DNA of 64,000 nucleotides from a virus: UHGV virus genome UHGV-0026213; one strand, 5' to 3'. Shown piece by piece: positions 57,854 to 64,000 of this stretch (position 1 is its first letter; each line of letters starts with the position of its first letter). The notes under the pieces were generated by a model. It saw only the letters and a program-made list of their open reading frames with translations, ran no database searches and was not told where the DNA came from. The position numbers and the translations under genes were made by a program.

Positions 57854-58139
57854 TACCGACGAAACGAATTTACAGCGCTTGCAACGGGCACTAACTGCAC
57901 CGCTAGGTGGCGAGATTCACGATCGATGGGTAATAGCAAGGGTGGTAGAAATTGACTATTCTCAGGATCAGTTACTGTTAAATAACTGCTCGACGAACGT
58001 GCCTTTCACGTTACCGCGCGCTGTATTCCGCCTTACACCCAACGTTGATGAAATACTGACTATTGACAGGAAACTTCTATCGATAGAACTACAGCATTTC
58101 CCGCTGCCTGGTAAGTCGGTTAACATCGCGCTGTGTTAA
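57831..58139 (+). CDS. hypothetical protein
   Basis: ATG after GGGGAAAC overlapping upstream 3' end. Confidence 0.4.
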   Translation: MSNQNHTNTDETNLQRLQRALTAPLGGEIHDRWVIARVVEIDYSQDQLLLNNCSTNVPFTLPRAVFRLTPNVDEILTIDRKLLSIELQHFPLPGKSVNIALC

Positions 58140-58157
58140 TGACAGTCTAAAAAACTT

Positions 58158-58194
58158 AAGATATATTTCATCTATGTGAGAATTCTCACTTAAC
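58158..58194 (+). promoter_or_regulatory. promoter-like motif TAAGATATATTTCATCTATGTGAGA plus palindrome GTGAGAATTCTCAC
   Basis: Conserved motif upstream of 58213 gene. Confidence 0.45.
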
Positions 58195-58212
58195 TAAATG
58201 GAGTAATCTAAA

Positions 58213-58482
58213 ATGGGTAAGATTTATATTGTTGAGAAACGTGCGGGTAATGTTCTTTCCTATTACGAAGAAGGTAAACCTGAGAAAATTAAAACACTCA
58301 AACTCGACGGATTTGATGTGAAGAGTTTACGCAAGGGTGTGAAGATTACCTTTAAAGGTCTGACTCGCGTAAGTAACTTACACATTGTTAAGGCCGATGG
58401 TACGATGGTTGCGTTAGCACCTGTCAGTGCTGCGAAAACGACAGCAGGTCGTGGATGCTACGGTAGCAGTCGTAAGATTTAA
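58213..58482 (+). CDS. hypothetical small basic protein (early-promoter-associated)
   Basis: RBS GGAG; promoter motif at 58158; terminator at 58489. Confidence 0.5.
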   Translation: MGKIYIVEKRAGNVLSYYEEGKPEKIKTLKLDGFDVKSLRKGVKITFKGLTRVSNLHIVKADGTMVALAPVSAAKTTAGRGCYGSSRKI

Positions 58483-58488
58483 GCAGTG

Positions 58489-58526
58489 CCCCTCTCTCCT
58501 AACGGAGAGAGGGTACTTTTATTTTT
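58489..58526 (+). terminator. intrinsic terminator, stem matches terminator at 57425
   Basis: CCTCTCTCC-TAAC-GGAGAGAGG then T-run. Confidence 0.7.
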
Positions 58527-58540
58527 CTTCGAGGTGTGCG

Positions 58541-59029
58541 ATGACAACAGTTTTAGTAACAAACGATTACATTTTAGCTGATCAGTTGGTTGATTATGGC
58601 GGTACAGTTAAAGCGTCACCTAAATTACACAAGTACAAAAACAAATTCGTTGTTTATACTGGGGAACGCGTATTGGACTCGGATTTCTGGAAAAAGACGA
58701 TGATGGTCGCAGTAGAAAAATATTTGATTGAAGAAAAGCGAGCCAAGGTTGAAGGGTTATTTAAAGATCTTATCGAAAAAGAACTGTTTTACGATCAGAT
58801 AATCATTTACACAGCTGAGGAAACACATTGGCTCGGGCTGCTAGAGGGTAAATTTGAATCCCGTGTACTGAATAAAAACACGGTTTGGGCAACGGGTTCT
58901 GGTGGAGGATTTGCACGGGCTGCTTGGGCAACTGGAATATCAGAAAAGAATATTATTCCATTAGTAGGTTCGATTGATACAGCTTCATCACAAACGTACG
59001 ACTTATTTTACAGGAAGCACTTACGATGA
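58541..59029 (+). CDS. hypothetical protein
   Basis: ATG after RBS GAGG; stop overlaps next start. Confidence 0.45.
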   Translation: MTTVLVTNDYILADQLVDYGGTVKASPKLHKYKNKFVVYTGERVLDSDFWKKTMMVAVEKYLIEEKRAKVEGLFKDLIEKELFYDQIIIYTAEETHWLGLLEGKFESRVLNKNTVWATGSGGGFARAAWATGISEKNIIPLVGSIDTASSQTYDLFYRKHLR

Positions 59030-59547
59030 AAATAAACGCTGTCTTAATTGGCGATGAAATATTCGTTAATACAAAAACACAATATCTGTATTACGAAGGT
59101 ATTACCGTAATAGACGATTATTACGGTAAGCACGGTTGGTGGATTCCGTCTCCTAACTCCTTACGATTAGAAGATGCATTAACCGCCGAAAAGAACAAAC
59201 TGGATAGCGATTGGACTTATATCAGTTCCGTAATTGACGTCAGCGGTCGAATTAAAGACGTCTACTGGGCTAAAGAGTCAGGGTGGCGTGTTACGCTACA
59301 CCAACCAACACCAGTAAGATTGTTGTACGACCACTCGGATAGTTCAGAGTTAGCGTTTACCATTGAGACGCTCTCGGTACGTAAGGATCTAGACAACGTA
59401 GGGAAAGGGAAGTGGTCTATTGAGCGCATTGAGGAGATTCTCAGCCACTTTAAAGCCAACAACAAATTTAAACGTTGGTGTACGTTACCTGAGTTAGTAG
59501 AGGAGTTGAAAAAGCGGTATTGCAAACCGCTACCTTTTAACCCGTAG
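59026..59547 (+). CDS. hypothetical protein
   Basis: ATGA-coupled ORF. Confidence 0.5.
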   Translation: MKINAVLIGDEIFVNTKTQYLYYEGITVIDDYYGKHGWWIPSPNSLRLEDALTAEKNKLDSDWTYISSVIDVSGRIKDVYWAKESGWRVTLHQPTPVRLLYDHSDSSELAFTIETLSVRKDLDNVGKGKWSIERIEEILSHFKANNKFKRWCTLPELVEELKKRYCKPLPFNP

Positions 59548-59593
59548 TCTTTTTTACAACTGCGGCTATTTTAATGATTAGGAGAATATAGAG

Positions 59594-59989
59594 ATGACCG
59601 CAATAATAGGTATAATGTCAAGAAAAGCTGATGTCATTAGGACATTTATCGACCAATATAACAACTCACCGTATACGCGTCTTAGATTGCGTAAACCCCA
59701 GAATAGCACAGAATGGGTTCGCTGGTTTAATATTTGGGATAAAACAATAAGTAAAATCAATCCGTTATTCAGAATTAGGGTTGAGCCTGCTTATTGGATT
59801 GTAATGGAAATATCGCTATTACGTATTCTCGAAAAACGTCCTATAGACGTAAAGACGATGTTTGGGGTAGATACGTATAAAATGTTGAACAATGGTTTTG
59901 TGGGTAATGGGGAACACACATTGTATCAAGCGATGCTGGAAATGTGTTTGTTCGATTTAGTTACTTACGAATTGGGGATTTCAAAATGA
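59594..59989 (+). CDS. hypothetical protein
   Basis: RBS AGGAGA. Confidence 0.5.
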   Translation: MTAIIGIMSRKADVIRTFIDQYNNSPYTRLRLRKPQNSTEWVRWFNIWDKTISKINPLFRIRVEPAYWIVMEISLLRILEKRPIDVKTMFGVDTYKMLNNGFVGNGEHTLYQAMLEMCLFDLVTYELGISK

Positions 59990-60450
59990 ATTACTTCGAA
60001 TCTAAAGAAATTGTTGAGTTGTTTAAACAGCGTGAGAAAACTGCTTTCCGTGACTTGTACGATTCTGATTATCGCCCACTGTTTGCGGTATTAATGCGAC
60101 TGGATAAAGAACCCGAAGTCGCGTTAGCAGAGGTACAGCACCACCACGTCAGTTTCGTATTAACCGAAAACATGAGCCGGTGGGTAGACGGTATGCTGAT
60201 CCGTATTGGGCTCTTGGAAACGCCACACCGTTGGGAAGTGGTTATTCAGAAATCATTGTTCCCACGGGAAGATATTTTCAACAAATATCGTCCGAAGCAG
60301 TATTACAATCACGACGGGTCACCAAAACGTCCTTTCCTGGCACCCCAACATTTTGTAACCTACGTAACGCTACGTTATAAAGACACCGTGGTGCCGTTTG
60401 ACACCTATCTGGAAATGCGTGAGATAATTTTAGGGAAGAACCCAACATGA
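59986..60450 (+). CDS. hypothetical protein
   Basis: ATGA-coupled start at MNYFESKE. Confidence 0.45.
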   Translation: MNYFESKEIVELFKQREKTAFRDLYDSDYRPLFAVLMRLDKEPEVALAEVQHHHVSFVLTENMSRWVDGMLIRIGLLETPHRWEVVIQKSLFPREDIFNKYRPKQYYNHDGSPKRPFLAPQHFVTYVTLRYKDTVVPFDTYLEMREIILGKNPT

Positions 60451-60929
60451 ATCAATTTTCTGTTGATGCAGAAAGACTAGCGTCATTTAAAGAGCGTAGT
60501 CAGTTTGCAGTTAAAAACGGCTATATTGAAAAAGGTGTTCGTGACACCTGCAAGCTAATCAACGACCATCCACACTTGGCGACAATGTGGAGTTGTGAAG
60601 GTCACGGTATGTATTCTAAGTCACCTGGAAATCTGCATATCGTTTTTGCAACAGACGCTATTGGAAGTCAGATTCCAATGCAGGTTATGACTGAACTTGC
60701 AAAATCGGATTTACCGAATTTCTGGAATCTTAGTTTGTGTCGTCTTTATATACCAGATGCATACACGGATTTGGTATATCTTGAACCTGATTACGGGTTA
60801 AATACCGACGACACTTCTTACTGGTCTTGGAAAATTGGATACATGTGCTTGATTAATCGTCCCGCGTTAATTGAGACACGTCAAGCTCTTTACAAAGCAT
60901 TTCATACAGTATTAGTTGAGAATAAATAA
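60447..60929 (+). CDS. hypothetical protein
   Basis: ATGA-coupled. Confidence 0.5.
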   Translation: MNQFSVDAERLASFKERSQFAVKNGYIEKGVRDTCKLINDHPHLATMWSCEGHGMYSKSPGNLHIVFATDAIGSQIPMQVMTELAKSDLPNFWNLSLCRLYIPDAYTDLVYLEPDYGLNTDDTSYWSWKIGYMCLINRPALIETRQALYKAFHTVLVENK

Positions 60930-61621
60930 TGGCTACCAAACAAAAGAAACCGCGTAACAAAAAGTATAATCCGAAAGCCGCTGCTAACCGTACTGCGCAC
61001 ACCATTGCTGAAAATGCGCTAAACCGCATTACTTTCGTCGGTAGCTCTATTCGTCCTATCGGTCCGTACGCGGGCCGTGGTTTCCAGTTTACAACGTCAC
61101 CGCGTATGCGCATGGCGGCTACCGATATGTTAATCGGTGGTTTGTTTGACGAGCCACGTAACTGGAAACTGTGGGTTGCGCATCTGTACGAAACAGATAA
61201 TGGTGTGCAAGCAGAAACCATCGTGGCAACGCTTGACGACTACACGTTAAGTGATTTCTGTCAACACGGTGACAAGATCATCAAGTCGCTACGCGAGACG
61301 GAAGAAAACTACTTCGGTTATGCTTTCGTTGCTGCACCTAACGAACGTTATGATTTCGACCAGGGAGAAGAACGCTTACTGGAAAACTTCATGCATTCTG
61401 GGCTGTTAGACAAATCCCTACACCTACCTGAAGAAGAACTGATGGTTACGCGTAAGGATATGGTAACGTTGCTGTTAGCCGATCGTGGACGTTTTGATGT
61501 TACCGAATCCCATGTACGTAAAGTACAGAAGCTCGTGGATAAGGTCGACGAAACTGACCTGGACACTAGCGAAGTCGCAACGCGTATCCAATCGGTAGTT
61601 AATCAGGAAGAGGATTACTAA
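60929..61621 (+). CDS. hypothetical protein with basic N-terminus
   Basis: N-terminus MATKQKKPRNKKYNPK; coupled start. Confidence 0.5.
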   Translation: MATKQKKPRNKKYNPKAAANRTAHTIAENALNRITFVGSSIRPIGPYAGRGFQFTTSPRMRMAATDMLIGGLFDEPRNWKLWVAHLYETDNGVQAETIVATLDDYTLSDFCQHGDKIIKSLRETEENYFGYAFVAAPNERYDFDQGEERLLENFMHSGLLDKSLHLPEEELMVTRKDMVTLLLADRGRFDVTESHVRKVQKLVDKVDETDLDTSEVATRIQSVVNQEEDY

Positions 61622-61623
61622 AC

Positions 61624-62145
61624 GTGATAGCGCGACTTGCGAGTTGGTTTAAGCAACGTCGGGCAAAGGCGGTCGAATGGCCGCCTATTACGCACGATGA
61701 AAAGGTGGTTGCTTTTCTGAACTATAACAAAGACTTGAAGAAATTGGGCGAAATAATGCGCCTAACGGAAACTCAGGTCTTTGCTAAGATTTCAAGTAGT
61801 GCTTTACGTAAACAGATAATTCCCCACCTATCCTTTTCAGGACAGGTTTATGCATTAACAGCAGAGGAATTTTTATCGATGGTGGGGAATGAAACCCCAC
61901 GTATACGGTACTCGGTTACGGATTCATCTGATGCGGTCGGTACGGTCGATTTCGGACGATTGTATCAGAGCATTAAAGACGTGGGCCATATACATGTTAA
62001 ACGTGTATCAGAAACTTCTGTAGTGATTTATCATCGTACTGAGCACGATTTGTTAGGGCGTGTTATAACGCTAACAAATTTACATAGTTTTTACGTTGAT
62101 TTACTTACAGGGTTTTATCCAGAACCATGGTGTTTTATACGATGA
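61624..62145 (+). CDS. hypothetical protein
   Basis: Probable GTG start; stop overlaps next start. Confidence 0.45.
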   Translation: MIARLASWFKQRRAKAVEWPPITHDEKVVAFLNYNKDLKKLGEIMRLTETQVFAKISSSALRKQIIPHLSFSGQVYALTAEEFLSMVGNETPRIRYSVTDSSDAVGTVDFGRLYQSIKDVGHIHVKRVSETSVVIYHRTEHDLLGRVITLTNLHSFYVDLLTGFYPEPWCFIR

Positions 62146-62354
62146 AAAGAGCTAATGGATACATCATCTCAGCGATTGTTTCAACCGTGCTGGTTGTGAC
62201 GATGCTGATGTTTTATGTTCGTGTGTCAGATGACTCGCGCAAAGAAAGTCTTTATCGTGAGTGTATGTCAGGAACGACCGTGGACAATCCACGTTACAGC
62301 GAATTGGTAATGGCGTGCACAGAACATGCTAAACTAATGGGAGATGGTCGATGA
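62142..62354 (+). CDS. small membrane-anchored protein, paralogue A
   Basis: N-terminal hydrophobic segment IISAIVSTVLVVTMLMF; ESLYREC...C motif shared with next ORF. Confidence 0.45.
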   Translation: MKRANGYIISAIVSTVLVVTMLMFYVRVSDDSRKESLYRECMSGTTVDNPRYSELVMACTEHAKLMGDGR

Positions 62355-62548
62355 AGATTTGGTTACCGATTGTAGCTTTCATCCTTATCGCTGGGGCACT
62401 AGCAAGTGCCGAGTGCGACAATCGTGTTTTAGAAAAGAAAAGCGAATTGTATCAGGATTGTATAAAGGATTACACACCAGGTACAGAGCTTCATGCACAG
62501 GCTGTAAAAAGTTGTGCGCTGATGGCTGAATCGCAGACTCGTTCCTAA
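62351..62548 (+). CDS. small secreted protein, paralogue B
   Basis: Signal-peptide-like MKIWLPIVAFILIAGALASA-EC; SELYQDC...C motif. Confidence 0.45.
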   Translation: MKIWLPIVAFILIAGALASAECDNRVLEKKSELYQDCIKDYTPGTELHAQAVKSCALMAESQTRS

Positions 62549-62922
62549 TGCGTATCTGGACGTTACAGCTCGCTAAGTGGCGGTTAGCTAAGCAGAAAGG
62601 GTTTCACGCAGTGGATATCACTGTGAAGTCAGGGCGAAAGGAACTCGCCCCCGACTGGGATTTCTTAATGGCGTATAAAAACTCTGCAAAGGATGCAGCT
62701 GCTGAACGCGAGTACACGATAAAGTATTTGTACAAACTCGAACGACTGTTAGATACAGACGCCGAAACTTTAGTGTCGTTACTTAGGCACGATGACTTGG
62801 TTTTGATGTGTTATTGTCCCGCAGGTAAGTTTTGCCATCGTCATCTACTGGCGAGCAAGCTTCAAGAGGTGGGATTGATGTTCGGTATCGACATTGTGTT
62901 GTGTGGAGAATTAACGGACTGA
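62548..62922 (+). CDS. small conserved-domain protein (DUF488-like, CYC...CHRH motif; tentative)
   Basis: LMCYCPAGKFCHRHLLA motif; family assignment from memory only. Confidence 0.3.
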   Translation: MRIWTLQLAKWRLAKQKGFHAVDITVKSGRKELAPDWDFLMAYKNSAKDAAAEREYTIKYLYKLERLLDTDAETLVSLLRHDDLVLMCYCPAGKFCHRHLLASKLQEVGLMFGIDIVLCGELTD

Positions 62923-62949
62923 TTTGATTTTTTAGCTGTAAAATGACTT

Positions 62950-62996
62950 CCTACCGCCCGATTCTATGGGCGGTAGGTGTTTTTATTTTTTTTTGA
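62950..62996 (+). terminator. intrinsic terminator
   Basis: CCTACCGCCC/GGGCGGTAGG stem then 17-nt T-rich run. Confidence 0.7.
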
Positions 62997-63010
62997 TCTG
63001 GGAGGTTTTA

Positions 63011-63571
63011 GTGACTACTTACGTACCTGATTTAAGTCTGGCCTCAGCCGAATTAGTGGTCGCTTTAATCAACCACGATAACGGTTCACGGTTGTCTCTA
63101 AACGAAATCCGTATTAGCAACACTATGGCAAACCCGTCCCCGACCACTTCGCGTCGTAACACACTGACAGAGATTACAAAAATCAGGAAACCTGATGGTG
63201 CTTCTGTGGTTGTTTATTACGACCGTTTGGATGCGGACGAAGTGTTAGCGTCTGAACCTATTTTGATTTCGTTAGACGGTACTGAAGACAACCTTCGTGA
63301 CATTTTAGGTGTTGTAAATGAATTCTGCGGAACGAACTTACAACCCGAAGATTTACGTGCTGCAGATATCACCTTAGGTAACGAACCCATTGCTGTTAAC
63401 GTTGCTGACGATTCTCCTGCGTGGATGAATGCGTTTATGGTGACGTTATTCGATACAACAGAACGAGCATTAGCAAACGAAGATGATGCGATCTTCTGTA
63501 TTGGTGATGATGCCGTTCTTACCTTTGAGGTTCCAGATGACGACACAGCTGAAGAAAACCCGGCTACATGA
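63011..63571 (+). CDS. hypothetical acidic protein
   Basis: GTG start after RBS GGGAGG following terminator at 62950. Confidence 0.45.
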   Translation: MTTYVPDLSLASAELVVALINHDNGSRLSLNEIRISNTMANPSPTTSRRNTLTEITKIRKPDGASVVVYYDRLDADEVLASEPILISLDGTEDNLRDILGVVNEFCGTNLQPEDLRAADITLGNEPIAVNVADDSPAWMNAFMVTLFDTTERALANEDDAIFCIGDDAVLTFEVPDDDTAEENPAT

Positions 63572-63773
63572 ACTTGACCGTTTTACCGGTAATGGAGGCC
63601 AAAGCAAACTTTTATCAAAACTTAACAATCCCAAATCATGAAGCGCGGAGTTGGGCATCACTTTCACGTTAGAAGATGATGGATTAAAACCAGTATAATA
63701 ATCCGCTTATAAAAATGTTGAGGGGTAAAACACTTCCTCAGATCTTTTAGCTCCCGATAGAGAATTAAATATC

Positions 63774-64000
63774 ATGGCTAAAGCGGTAAAGAAAATTCGT
63801 TTACACGATTTACGTCCATACACCGGGGATATCGGTGAAGGCGTTTTACTTTTTTCGAAAGACGAAAGGGATTATCAGTTACCTGTCCGCGAGATTGTTG
63901 CGGATATTGACACCGTCAGAAACGCGGTTGCTGACGCACAAACGGCGGCGGCCAAATCGCAACAGTCTGCAACAGAAGCCACACAAGCAAAAGACTTAGC
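63774..64000 (+). CDS. hypothetical protein, 3'-truncated by window end
   Basis: ATG at 63774; ORF open to end of window. Confidence 0.4.
   Translation, partial: MAKAVKKIRLHDLRPYTGDIGEGVLLFSKDERDYQLPVREIVADIDTVRNAVADAQTAAAKSQQSATEATQAKDL

Noticed and set aside
58541-59029. TGSGGGF motif considered as a tubulin/FtsZ signature
   Set aside because: The protein is only ~160 aa, the motif is not GGGTGSG, and no other tubulin motifs are present.
1-64000. tRNA genes, rRNA genes, integrase/transposase or attachment sites
   Set aside because: No T-loop GTTCGAATC-type motifs, cloverleaf-sized conserved intergenic segments, or recombinase motifs were seen by eye; a tRNAscan-type search would be needed to be certain.

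Overview
This 64 kb window looks like part of a large lytic tailed-phage genome, most likely a phiKZ-like jumbo phage of an enterobacterial host (inference from gene content and promoter motif; no database search was possible). It is densely coding (about 78 CDS, mostly on the + strand with three minus-strand blocks), with many ATGA/TGATG start-stop overlaps and GC-rich stem-loop terminators, often with UUCG tetraloops. No tRNA, rRNA, CRISPR array or mobile element was recognised. Calls supported by sequence motifs: dihydrofolate reductase, thymidylate kinase, Dam-type N6-adenine methyltransferase, three GNAT-type acetyltransferase domains, a RuvC-like resolvase, a PolB-type DEDDy exonuclease lacking polymerase motifs, an HExxH metallopeptidase-like protein, an XRE-type HTH protein, and a DprA/SLOG-like protein. 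Three regions with strong codon bias are probably abundant virion proteins: a 764-aa major capsid candidate and two tandem paralogues with acidic N-terminal propeptides ending in a conserved AQE motif. The most unusual features are (1) a promoter-like motif AGATATATATTAC-TAGGTGAGA, each time followed by a small hairpin, found upstream of at least five genes, and (2) a tandem array of three small paralogous ORFs separated by a three-hairpin element whose stems show compensatory base changes. Most other products are hypothetical.
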